From Candidatus Rokuibacteriota bacterium (GTDB taxonomy: Bacteria; Methylomirabilota; Methylomirabilia; Rokubacteriales; CSP1-6): 64,000 nucleotides of DNA. The DNA lies in NCBI GenBank assembly GCA_023248995.1, contig JAHFDN010000011.1, forward strand, positions 2,676 through 66,675, in the 5' to 3' direction. Made by a program: the position numbers and the translations under genes. The notes under the pieces were generated by a model. That model was given only the letters and a program-made list of their open reading frames with translations, searched no databases and was not told where the DNA came from. This document shows, piece by piece, positions 27,796 to 35,970 of the stretch (the first letter of the stretch is position 1; each line of letters starts with the position of its first letter).

Positions 27796-29154
27796 CTAAT
27801 GGGCTGCTCGCTTCTCTTTTCTATAATTTCCCGCATTTATCGAGTACTTGACGATCAGTCGGTGGAAATTCCGCCGTGTGATGCGCGCCCGTTGGGCGGC
27901 CAGAGAGACATTCCCCCCCGCTTCTCTGAGAAATCGAACCACCGCCTCTCTCTCGAACTCGGCCACCACCCGGGTCTTGGCTTCAAGCAGGCTCCCCCCG
28001 GAGAGCAGCGGGGGGCCCGCCTCCTCCTGGACGTGGAGTGCCAGGTGGCGGGGTTCAATCTGGCGGGAGGAGGTGAGGACGACGGCGCGCTCGATGACGT
28101 TCTCGAGTTCGCGGAGATTGCCCGGCCAAGGGTAGCGCGCCAGGACGTCCAGGGCTTCGGGCACGAGGCGGTCTACTTTCTTATTGACCCTGGCCTCGGC
28201 CCTTTTCAGAAAGTGGTACGCCAGGACAGGAATGTCCTCCACGCGCTCTCTCAAGGGCGGGAGCGTGATGGAAAAGGAGTTGAAGCGATAGAAGAGGTCC
28301 TCCCGGAACTCGCCCTTCTCCACCGCCGCTTCGAGGTCCCGACTGCTGGCCGCGATCAGGCGCAGCCGGACCTTGCGCGGGATGACGTCCCCCATCGGGG
28401 TGAGGTCGCCCCCCTGGAGGACGCCGAGGAGTTTCCCCTGGATGGCCAGGGAGAGGTCCCCGACCTCGTCGAGGAAGATCGTCCCCCCGTCGGCCTTCTC
28501 GAAGAGCCCGGCTTTGTCGGCGACGGCGGTGGGGCCGCGTCTGACGCCAAAAAGCTCCGAGTCCATCAAGGCCGGAGTCAGCGCGGTGCAATTCACGGTG
28601 ATCAGCGGTTTGTCGCGCAGGTGGGAGTACCTGTGCAGAGCCCGCGCGACCAGCTCCTTCCCCGTCCCCACCTCGCCGCGGATCAGCACCGTCGCGGGCG
28701 TTGGGGCCACCCGGGCCAGCAGGTCAGCGATCTCCCGCATCTTGGGGTTCTGGCCGACGATGAATTCGCCCTCGGACTGGGCCTGGAGCTCCCGGCGGAT
28801 GAGCGAGTAGCGATCCTCCATCTCCTCGGCGCGCTTTCGCTCCTCGACCAGGTCCCACATGAACTTGGCGCTGAGCCCGCCCATCACCTCCGCCCTGGGC
28901 GGCTTGAGCCGCCAGATCGTCCGGTGGACGTCGGCACTGCCCGTGACGTCAATGATCAGGTCCACGGCGGGGTCGGTGATGAGCTCCCTGAAATCGGTGG
29001 AGACCGGGATGTTGAGGCGCCGCGCGAGCTCCAGCCCGGGCGCCCAGGGGTGGATGTCAGCGACGCCGAGAATCGACACCGTGTGGTCCCCCATGAACAT
29101 TTCCAGGAGGGCGCGCCCGCCTCTCCCGGCGCCCACGATGACGACCTTGGTCAC
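27796..29154 (-). CDS. Fis-type AAA+ enhancer-binding-protein homolog with a Rossmann-like N-domain and a degenerate GAFTGA loop
   Basis: 452 aa. N-terminus VVIVGAGRGG...LIIDVTG; Walker A GEVGTGKE; Walker B GGTIFLDEVG; FREDLFYRFN; C-terminal HTH NVSLAAQRARITRRNFHRLIVKY. ELFGVRRGPTAVADKAGLF replaces ELFGHEKGAFTGA. Confidence 0.8.
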   Translation of the reverse strand: MTKVVIVGAGRGGRALLEMFMGDHTVSILGVADIHPWAPGLELARRLNIPVSTDFRELITDPAVDLIIDVTGSADVHRTIWRLKPPRAEVMGGLSAKFMWDLVEERKRAEEMEDRYSLIRRELQAQSEGEFIVGQNPKMREIADLLARVAPTPATVLIRGEVGTGKELVARALHRYSHLRDKPLITVNCTALTPALMDSELFGVRRGPTAVADKAGLFEKADGGTIFLDEVGDLSLAIQGKLLGVLQGGDLTPMGDVIPRKVRLRLIAASSRDLEAAVEKGEFREDLFYRFNSFSITLPPLRERVEDIPVLAYHFLKRAEARVNKKVDRLVPEALDVLARYPWPGNLRELENVIERAVVLTSSRQIEPRHLALHVQEEAGPPLLSGGSLLEAKTRVVAEFEREAVVRFLREAGGNVSLAAQRARITRRNFHRLIVKYSINAGNYRKEKRAAH

Positions 29155-29199
29155 GGAACGGGCCGCAAACGGGGAGCGCGCCGCAGAGACATCGGCGCC

Positions 29200-30573
29200 T
29201 CAGTACGGCTGGCGATCCGCCTCGACGCGATTTTCGAAGCTCGCGTACTCGGGGATGAACGTCAGGCGGACGGTATCCGTAGGGCCGTTGCGCTGCTTGC
29301 CCACGATGACTTCCGCCAGCTTCTGCTGGTCGGGCGTGATCTCGGCCTGATCCTTGTATCGCTCGGGGCGATAGAGAAAGATGATGAGGTCGGCGTCCTG
29401 CTCGAGAGCCCCGGACTCGCGCAGATCGGAGAGCTGCGGTCGGTGCTCGCGCGCGAGCCGCGTCTCCACGGCGCGCGAGAGCTGGGAGAGGCCCACCACC
29501 GGCACGCGGAGCTCCTTGGCCATCGCCTTGAGCGCGCGAGAGATTTCGGAAATCTCCTGCTGGCGATTCTCGAGACTCCCGCGCCCGCGCATGAGCTGAA
29601 TGTAGTCGATCAGGACTAGGTCTAGGCCGTGCTCGGCCTTCACCCGACGCGCCTTCGCTCGCGCCTCGAGCACCGTGAGGCCCGCCGTGTCGTCGATGAA
29701 GATCGGCGCCTCCGCCAGACGTCCCGCCGCGTTCGTCAGCCGCGGCCAGTCCTTGGGTTCCAGGTACCCCGTGCGGACCCGATGCGAATCCACCCGGGCC
29801 TCGGCGCAGAGCAGGCGCTGCACCACCTGCTCCCGGGACATCTCGAGGCTCAGGATCAGCACGCGCTTTTTGAGCTCGATCCCAGCGTACTTGGCAATGT
29901 TCAGCGACAACGCCGTCTTCCCCATGGACGGTCGTCCCGCGACGAGGATGAAATCCGACGGCTGGAGCCCCGAGGTCAGCTCGTCCAGCTTCTTGAATCC
30001 CGTCGGAAGGCCCGTCACGTGCTCCTTGCGCTCGTAGAGCCGCTCGATGTACTCGAAGGTCTCCTTGAGGATGGTACGGACCTGGACCGCCGTGCCCTGC
30101 ATGCGACGCTCGGAGAGCTGAAAGATCTGCTGCTCGGCCTGGTCCAGGAGGTTCTCCACGTCCTCCTTGGCCTCGTAGCTCTGCCCGATGATCTCGGACG
30201 AAATCCGGATCAGCTCCCGCAGGAGCGCCTTCTCCCGGACAATGCCGGCATAGGAGAGCAGGTGGGCCGCGACGGCCGCTTCCTCGACGAGCGCCGCGAG
30301 GGCCGCCGGCCCCCCCACCTCGTCCAGCTCCCCCCCACGGCGGAGCTCCTCGGTCAACGTCAGCAGGTCCACCGGCTCGGACCGCTCGAAGAGACCGATC
30401 ATCGTGCCGAAGATCTTCCGGTGGCCTTCCTTGTAGAAGTCGGAGGGTTTGAGAATCTCGATCGCCCTAGGGAGACCTTCCCGGTCGAGGAGGGCGGCCC
30501 CGAGGACGGCCCGCTCCGCCTCCAGGCTGTGAGGAGGGATCTTGGAGGTCAGGAGCTCCGTGAGCGTGGCCAC
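29200..30573 (-). CDS. dnaB: replicative DNA helicase DnaB
   Basis: 457 aa. PPHSLEAERAVLGA, Walker A GRPSMGKT, DYIQLM, SQLSR. No intein. Confidence 0.95.
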   Translation of the reverse strand: MATLTELLTSKIPPHSLEAERAVLGAALLDREGLPRAIEILKPSDFYKEGHRKIFGTMIGLFERSEPVDLLTLTEELRRGGELDEVGGPAALAALVEEAAVAAHLLSYAGIVREKALLRELIRISSEIIGQSYEAKEDVENLLDQAEQQIFQLSERRMQGTAVQVRTILKETFEYIERLYERKEHVTGLPTGFKKLDELTSGLQPSDFILVAGRPSMGKTALSLNIAKYAGIELKKRVLILSLEMSREQVVQRLLCAEARVDSHRVRTGYLEPKDWPRLTNAAGRLAEAPIFIDDTAGLTVLEARAKARRVKAEHGLDLVLIDYIQLMRGRGSLENRQQEISEISRALKAMAKELRVPVVGLSQLSRAVETRLAREHRPQLSDLRESGALEQDADLIIFLYRPERYKDQAEITPDQQKLAEVIVGKQRNGPTDTVRLTFIPEYASFENRVEADRQPY

Positions 30574-30576
30574 AGC

Positions 30577-31020
30577 CTACCCGCGCGAGACGCCGACCTT
30601 GAGCTGCGCTGTGACCTCGGGGTGAAGGCGGATCGCAATCGTATAGTCGCCCAACGCCTTGATCGGCTCGTCGAGCCCGATCCGGCGCTTTTCCACCCGG
30701 ACGCCGTGCTGCGCCAGGAACGCCGCCACGTCCGAGACCCCCACCGAGCCGAAGAGGCGCCCCTCCTCGGAGGCCTGGCGCGCCAGCGAGAAGGTGAGCG
30801 GTTCGATCTGCCTGGCCTGCGATTCGGCGGCGGCCTTGGCGCGCTGAGAGTGGACCTCCTGCTGCTGCTTGATCGCGCCCAGCTGCTTGAGGTTGGCGGC
30901 GCTGGCCGGCAGCACCAGCCGCTGGGGAAGCAGGTAATTCCGGGCGTATCCGTCGGCCACCTCCCGCACTTCCCCCCGCCGCCCGAGCTTGGGGACGTCG
31001 TCCAGGAGGATGACCTTCAT
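30577..31020 (-). CDS. rplI: 50S ribosomal protein L9
   Basis: 147 aa. MKVILLDDVPKLGRRGEVREVADGYARNYLLPQ. Confidence 0.9.
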   Translation of the reverse strand: MKVILLDDVPKLGRRGEVREVADGYARNYLLPQRLVLPASAANLKQLGAIKQQQEVHSQRAKAAAESQARQIEPLTFSLARQASEEGRLFGSVGVSDVAAFLAQHGVRVEKRRIGLDEPIKALGDYTIAIRLHPEVTAQLKVGVSRG

Positions 31021-31035
31021 GAGCCCACCGATCCC

Positions 31036-31284
31036 TTACTCGGCTGCGTAGGGCAGGAGAGCCATCGTACGGGCCCGCCTGATGGCGCGCGTGAGCTGAC
31101 GCTGATGCCGGGCGCAGCTCCCCGAGATGCGCCGGGGAATGATCTTCCCGCGCTCACTCACGAAATTTCTGATACGACGACTGTCCTTATAATCGACCAG
31201 ATCCACCTTGTCCACGCAGAACTTGCAAACCTTGCGTCGCCCGAAGCGGCGCCGCTTGACTGGTTTTGCCCCTGCCGTTGGAAT
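31036..31284 (-). CDS. rpsR: 30S ribosomal protein S18, apparent ATT initiation codon
   Basis: Not in the ORF track. The frame reads [34 protein letters not shown]...[28 protein letters not shown]. There is no ATG, GTG or TTG between the in-frame ssb TAG and the conserved N-terminus. GGGAGGAGG sits 5 nt before ATT. Confidence 0.8.
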   Translation of the reverse strand: MPTAGAKPVKRRRFGRRKVCKFCVDKVDLVDYKDSRRIRNFVSERGKIIPRRISGSCARHQRQLTRAIRRARTMALLPYAAE

Positions 31285-31305
31285 GGCTTCCTCCTCCCAC
31301 GCGTC

Positions 31306-31707
31306 CTAGAAAGGAACTTCCCCGTCGCCCGGCGGCGCTTCCTCGAGAGGTTCGCCCTCGACAGGGACCGCGGCCTTCCCCCGCCCCATGAACTGGACCC
31401 GGTCGGCCACCACCTCCACCACGTTCCGCCGCTGGCCGTCCTTGGTCTCCCAATCCCGCGTCTGAAGCCGCCCCTCCACGAGGATCGGGCTTCCCTTGTC
31501 GAGGTACTCCCCACAACTCTCCGCCTGCCTGCCCCAGACGACCACCGTGAGAAAGCAGGTATCCTGTCGCTTCTCCCCGCTCTGCGTGGTGTAAGCCCGG
31601 TTCACCGCCAAGCGCAGGTCGGCCACCGGCGTCCCCCCAGGTGTGTAGCGAAGCTCCGGCGGGCGCGTGAGATTTCCCATGAGAAAGACCTTGTTCAGGC
31701 TCGCCAT
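31306..31707 (-). CDS. ssb: single-stranded DNA-binding protein
   Basis: 133 aa. OB fold (NKVFLMGNLTRPPELRYTPGG) and C-terminal acidic tip DGEVPF. Confidence 0.9.
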   Translation of the reverse strand: MASLNKVFLMGNLTRPPELRYTPGGTPVADLRLAVNRAYTTQSGEKRQDTCFLTVVVWGRQAESCGEYLDKGSPILVEGRLQTRDWETKDGQRRNVVEVVADRVQFMGRGKAAVPVEGEPLEEAPPGDGEVPF

Positions 31708-32054
31708 CAGCCGACCTCCTCGAGAGCTTCCGGGGGTTTGGCGGGACGCGCCCTCTTCCGGACCGGCACGCGCGTCGAAAGGAAGCGGAGGACGTTCTCG
31801 TTCAATCGGAGCTGGCGCTCGAACTCTTTGACCACGGACGGCTCAGCCGACACCTCGAGGACCGCGTAGGTCCCCTCGCGTTGCTTCTTGATGTCGTGGG
31901 CCAGGCGACGCTTCCCCCAATTCTCCACCCGGACGACCTCGCCCCCCAACTCCTTGAGATTGTCCTGGAGCCGAGCCAGCAGCTGAGCCACCTCCTCATC
32001 GGTAGGACGGGGGTCAATGATCACGAGAATTTCAAACAGCCGCAGACTCCTCAC
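31707..32054 (-). CDS. rpsF: 30S ribosomal protein S6
   Basis: 115 aa, GTG start behind GGAGG. FEILVIIDP...GEVVRVENWGKRRLAHDIKK. The stop overlaps the ssb ATG by 1 nt. Confidence 0.85.
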   Translation of the reverse strand: MRSLRLFEILVIIDPRPTDEEVAQLLARLQDNLKELGGEVVRVENWGKRRLAHDIKKQREGTYAVLEVSAEPSVVKEFERQLRLNENVLRFLSTRVPVRKRARPAKPPEALEEVG

Positions 32055-32592
32055 CTCCTCCCTCCACCAGATACCCTTTCTGACGCAGCGCCCCGGTGAT
32101 TTTCTGAAGGGCCTCCTCGTCGGTCACCCCGAGGTTGAGACGGTGAACCCCTTTCGTCAGGCGAGAGAGGGGCTCGGCGCCGCTGGCGCGCAGGCGCGCG
32201 AGGAAGCTCAGCACGTCCTCTTGGGTCCTCAGCATCAAGGGCCCCCGGAGTTCCCCGTAGAGCGGGTGCTCTACCACCACGTCGACGACCGTCCCGCCCA
32301 GCCCCACGATCGTGGCCAGCTCGTCCTCCATCTCCTCGTTGCTGGTGTGTCGGCAGACCACTGAAGCGCTGACAGGAGGACCATCCTCGAGCATGATGTA
32401 CCCGCGCGGGGTAGCGAGGATTTTGTGGCCGCGCGCCCGAAGGAGAGCGATGTCCTGCACGATCACCTGCCGCGAGACATCCAGCCGCTTGGCGAGATCA
32501 GACCCCACCACCGGCGAGCGGGCCCTTCCGAGGAGACCCACGATCCCGCGCCGTCGCTCTTCGCCGGAGTGTACCCGTTCGACCCCCCGCAT
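32032..32592 (-). CDS. NiaR/NadR-type transcription repressor (HTH plus 3H domain)
   Basis: 186 aa. The N-terminal HTH (GSDLAKRLDVSRQVIVQDIALLRARGHKI) and the His-containing C-domain (VVCRHTSNE...VVVEHPLYGE...GVHRL) fit the 3H-domain family. Confidence 0.7.
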   Translation of the reverse strand: MRGVERVHSGEERRRGIVGLLGRARSPVVGSDLAKRLDVSRQVIVQDIALLRARGHKILATPRGYIMLEDGPPVSASVVCRHTSNEEMEDELATIVGLGGTVVDVVVEHPLYGELRGPLMLRTQEDVLSFLARLRASGAEPLSRLTKGVHRLNLGVTDEEALQKITGALRQKGYLVEGGGEESAAV

Positions 32593-32624
32593 GTGCCTCT
32601 CACCAACTCACAAATTTTCGGCCA

Positions 32625-32654
32625 TTAGTACACCAGAGTGGAAGGGTCCGTCAA
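32625..32654 (-). promoter_or_regulatory. candidate sigma-70 promoter of the niaR-like gene
   Basis: The minus strand reads TTGACG-N18-TACTAA, about 30 nt upstream of the ATG at 32592. Confidence 0.35.
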
Positions 32655-32664
32655 GGCCCTCGCT

Positions 32665-32700
32665 AAAAAACCGGCCCTCGCCCGAGTCGGGCGAGGGCCG
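32665..32700 (-). terminator. Rho-independent terminator after groEL
   Basis: 12-bp stem CGGCCCTCGCCC / GGGCGAGGGCCG followed on the minus strand by TTTTTT. Confidence 0.65.
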
Positions 32701-32721
32701 CTTACCGCAGGTGTCCAGAAA

Positions 32722-34341
32722 CTAGTACATGTCCCCGTGGGGCATGGGCGGCGCCTTCTTCTCTTCCTCCGGAAGGTCGGTGATCAGCGCTTCCGTCGTC
32801 AGGAGGAGCGAGGCGATGGAAGCCGCGTTCTCCAGCGCGATGCGCTCCACCTTGGTGGGGTCGATGATCCCCGCCTGCAGCATGTCCACGTAATCCATGC
32901 TCTCGGCGTCGAACCCCTGGGTCGGCACCTGGGACGCCTTGACCTTCTCGACCACCACGGACGCCTCGAGCCCCGCGTTCTCCACGATCTGGCGGATGGG
33001 CTCCTCAAGGGCCCGCTTGACGATGTCCGCCCCGACGGCCTCGTCGCCCTCCAGCTTCAGGCGCTCGATGGCCTTCGCAGAACGGAGCAACGAGACTCCG
33101 CCGCCCGGGACAATGCCTTCCTCCACCGCCGCGCGCGTCGCGTTGAGAGCGTCCTCGACCCGCGCCTTCTTTTCCTTCATCGCCGTCTCGGTCACTGCGC
33201 CCACCTTGATCACGGCCACACCGCCGGCCAGCTTGGCAAGGCGCTCCTGCAGCTTCTCCTTGTCGTAGTCCGAGGTGGTGTCCTCGATCTGCGTCCGGAT
33301 CTGCTTGATGCGGCCCTCGATGGCCGAGGCCTTACCCGCGCCCTCGACGATCGTGGTGTTGTCCTTGTCTACCACCAGTTTCTTGGTCCGGCCCAGGTCT
33401 TCCAGCTTGATGTTCTCGAGCTTGATCCCCAGGTCCTCGGTGACGGCCTTGCCCCCTGTGAGCACGGCAATGTCTTCCAGCATCGCCTTACGCCGGTCGC
33501 CGAAGCCCGGGGCCTTGACGGCCGCGCACGAGAGCGTGCCGCGGAGCTTGTTGACCACCAGGGTCGCCAGGGCCTCTCCCTCGACGTCCTCGGCGATCAC
33601 CAGGAGCGGCTTCCCCGACCGGGCCACCTGCTCCAGGAGCGGCAGCATGTCCTTCATGATGCTGATCTTCTTCTCGTGGATCAGGATCATCACGTCTTCC
33701 AGCACGCACTCCATCCGCTCCGCGTCCGTGACGAAGTAGGGGGACAGGTACCCCCGGTCGAACTGCATCCCTTCCACCACGTCCAGGATGGTCTCGGCGG
33801 ACTTCGACTCCTCCACCGTGATGACCCCGTCCTTGCCGACCTTCTCCATGGCCTCGGCGATGAGGTTGCCGATGGTCTTGTCGTTGTTCGAGGCGATGGT
33901 CGCGACCTGCGAGATCTCCTTCTTGTCCTTGGTGGACTTGGAGAGCTTCTTCAGCTCCTCCACGACAGCCGCCACCGCCTTCTCGATGCCCCGCTTGAGC
34001 CCCATGGGGTTGGCCCCGGCCGTGACGTTCTTGAGCCCTCCCCGGAAGATGGCCTGGGCCAGGATCGTGGCGGTGGTCGTGCCGTCGCCGGCCACGTCGG
34101 AGGTCTTGGAGGCGACCTCCTTGATCATCTGGGCCCCCATGTCCTCGCAGTTGTCCTTCAGCTCGATCTCCTTGGCCACGGTGACGCCGTCCTTGGTAAT
34201 GGTCGGGCTGCCGAACTTCTTGTCGATGACGACGTTGCGACCTTTCGGGCCGAGCGTCGCCTTAACAGCCTCGGCCATGATGTTGACCCCGCGGAGCAGA
34301 GCCGCCCGGGCCTCATCGCTGAACATGAGCTGCTTCGGCAT
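32722..34341 (-). CDS. groL: chaperonin GroEL
   Basis: 539 aa. [26 protein letters not shown], and a C-terminal ...PPMPHGDMY tail. Confidence 0.97.
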   Translation of the reverse strand: MPKQLMFSDEARAALLRGVNIMAEAVKATLGPKGRNVVIDKKFGSPTITKDGVTVAKEIELKDNCEDMGAQMIKEVASKTSDVAGDGTTTATILAQAIFRGGLKNVTAGANPMGLKRGIEKAVAAVVEELKKLSKSTKDKKEISQVATIASNNDKTIGNLIAEAMEKVGKDGVITVEESKSAETILDVVEGMQFDRGYLSPYFVTDAERMECVLEDVMILIHEKKISIMKDMLPLLEQVARSGKPLLVIAEDVEGEALATLVVNKLRGTLSCAAVKAPGFGDRRKAMLEDIAVLTGGKAVTEDLGIKLENIKLEDLGRTKKLVVDKDNTTIVEGAGKASAIEGRIKQIRTQIEDTTSDYDKEKLQERLAKLAGGVAVIKVGAVTETAMKEKKARVEDALNATRAAVEEGIVPGGGVSLLRSAKAIERLKLEGDEAVGADIVKRALEEPIRQIVENAGLEASVVVEKVKASQVPTQGFDAESMDYVDMLQAGIIDPTKVERIALENAASIASLLLTTEALITDLPEEEKKAPPMPHGDMY

Positions 34342-34400
34342 ATGCTTCCTCCTTACTTAGGACGTGAGTAGTATGTCGCCGACGGACCTGGGTCGAGTGT

Positions 34401-34697
34401 CTACTCGAGAATCCCCAGGATGTCTTCCTCGCGAAGGATCAGGTACTCCCCGTCTTCGATCTTCCACGGCACCTCCGAGCCCGAGTACTTCCCGAAGAGC
34501 ACCTGGTCACCGGCCTTGACGTCCAGCGGAATCCGCTTGCCCTCGTCGCTGACTTTCCCGTTGCCCACCGCGATCACTTTGCCCCTTTGGGGCTTCTCCT
34601 TGGCGGAGTCCGGGATGATAATGCCTCCCTTGCGGACCTCATCCTCTTCAAGGCGCTTGACGAGGATACGGTCATGCAGCGGACGAATTTTCATCAT
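34401..34697 (-). CDS. groS: co-chaperonin GroES
   Basis: Start [15 protein letters not shown], with GGAGG 7 nt upstream. The track ORF start at 34751 lies inside the promoter/CIRCE region. Confidence 0.95.
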   Translation of the reverse strand: MMKIRPLHDRILVKRLEEDEVRKGGIIIPDSAKEKPQRGKVIAVGNGKVSDEGKRIPLDVKAGDQVLFGKYSGSEVPWKIEDGEYLILREEDILGILE

Positions 34698-34744
34698 ATG
34701 CTGCCCTCCCTGAGGGTTTATGTTGGCCCTATCGCCCAGTAGTA

Positions 34745-34771
34745 TTAGCACTCACTCGCGGCGAGTGCTAA
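34745..34771. promoter_or_regulatory. CIRCE operator (HrcA binding site)
   Basis: Perfect TTAGCACTC-N9-GAGTGCTAA. Confidence 0.9.
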
Positions 34772-34798
34772 TATACGCGGGCTCCGTGGGGCTGTCAA
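34770..34798 (-). promoter_or_regulatory. sigma-70 promoter of groES-groEL
   Basis: The minus strand reads TTGACA-N17-TATATT. The -10 box overlaps the CIRCE arm. Confidence 0.7.
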
Positions 34799-34884
34799 GA
34801 GGGAAATGGCACTATTTTCAATAGCTTATGAGACGGCTGCCACCACGGGAAAATGCCGAAATCTTGCTAGGTTAGGAGACAACC

Positions 34885-35970
34885 ATGCCAGCGAAGATCC
34901 TCATCAGCCGCACTATTCCCCCCGAAGCCATCGCCCTCGCCCGGGCGGGGGCGACCGTGGACCTCCACCCCGGCCCCCAGCCGCTGCCGAAACCCGAGCT
35001 CGTCGCCCGGCTCCGGGACAAGGAGGGTCTGATCTGCCTCATCACCGACACCATCGACGCCGAGGTCCTCCAGGGAGCGCCCCGGCTCAAGGTGGTCTCC
35101 AACGTGGCCGTGGGCTACAACAACATTGACGTGGCCGCGGCGACCGCCCGCGGCATCGTGGTGACCAACACCCCCGACGTCCTGACCGAGACCACAGCGG
35201 ATTTCGCGTGGGCCCTGCTCATGGCCGCGGCCCGCCGCCTGGTCGAGGCGGACCAGTACGTGCGGGCGGGGAAGTTCACCCAGTGGGAGATGATGCTCCT
35301 CATCGGAGCCGACGCCCACGGCAAGACACTGGGAATCCTGGGGTTCGGGCGAATCGGCCGGGCGATGGCCCGGCGAGCCCGCGGTTTCGGGATGCGGATC
35401 CTTTACAACGATGCGCTCCGAGCCGACCCTGCCACCGAGCGGGAGCTCGGGGCGATGTTCGTGGACAAGGCGACCCTCCTCAAAGAATCAGATTTCGTCA
35501 CGCTGCACACGCCCCTCTTGCCCGACACGCGTCACCTCATCGGCGCCGCCGAGCTCAAGATGATGAAGCGGACCGCCTTTTTGATCAACGCGGCCCGTGG
35601 ACCCATCGTCAACGAGGCCCAGCTCGTCGAAGCGCTGCGGGAAGGCAGGATCGCCGGCGCCGGGCTGGACGTCTACGAGGACGAGCCGAAGGTCCATCCG
35701 GGGCTCCTGTCGCTGCCCAACGTCGTGCTGGCTCCCCACATTGCGAGCGCGTCCCACGACACGCGGATCAAAATGGGGACCCTCGCGGTGGAAAACTGCC
35801 TGGCCGTCCTGGCCGGGAAGAGACCCCCGACCCCCGTCAACCTCGAGGTCCCGCAGAAGAAGCAGGGGCCGGCGCGACCGTCAGCCGCTCGGCCAGCTGC
35901 CCGAGGCGGGCGAGCTGCTCCCCGCCGAGGGCGACCCCCCCGAAGCGGACCTCCTCGTAAGCACAGGTGA
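34885..35970 (+). CDS. D-isomer-specific 2-hydroxyacid dehydrogenase (glyoxylate/hydroxypyruvate reductase-like)
   Basis: 361 aa. GILGFGRIGRAMARR NAD site, and the catalytic R/E/H pattern (NAARGPIV, LDVYEDEP, APHIASAS). About 40 aa of Arg/Pro-rich C-terminal tail overlaps the convergent gene. Confidence 0.85.
   Translation: MPAKILISRTIPPEAIALARAGATVDLHPGPQPLPKPELVARLRDKEGLICLITDTIDAEVLQGAPRLKVVSNVAVGYNNIDVAAATARGIVVTNTPDVLTETTADFAWALLMAAARRLVEADQYVRAGKFTQWEMMLLIGADAHGKTLGILGFGRIGRAMARRARGFGMRILYNDALRADPATERELGAMFVDKATLLKESDFVTLHTPLLPDTRHLIGAAELKMMKRTAFLINAARGPIVNEAQLVEALREGRIAGAGLDVYEDEPKVHPGLLSLPNVVLAPHIASASHDTRIKMGTLAVENCLAVLAGKRPPTPVNLEVPQKKQGPARPSAARPAARGGRAAPRRGRPPRSGPPRKHR

Noticed and set aside
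34698-34751. Longer GroES start (track ORF start at 34751)
   Set aside because: The extension would begin inside the CIRCE operator and -10 region. The conserved GroES N-terminus MKIRPLHDR starts at 34697/34694, behind a GGAGG.
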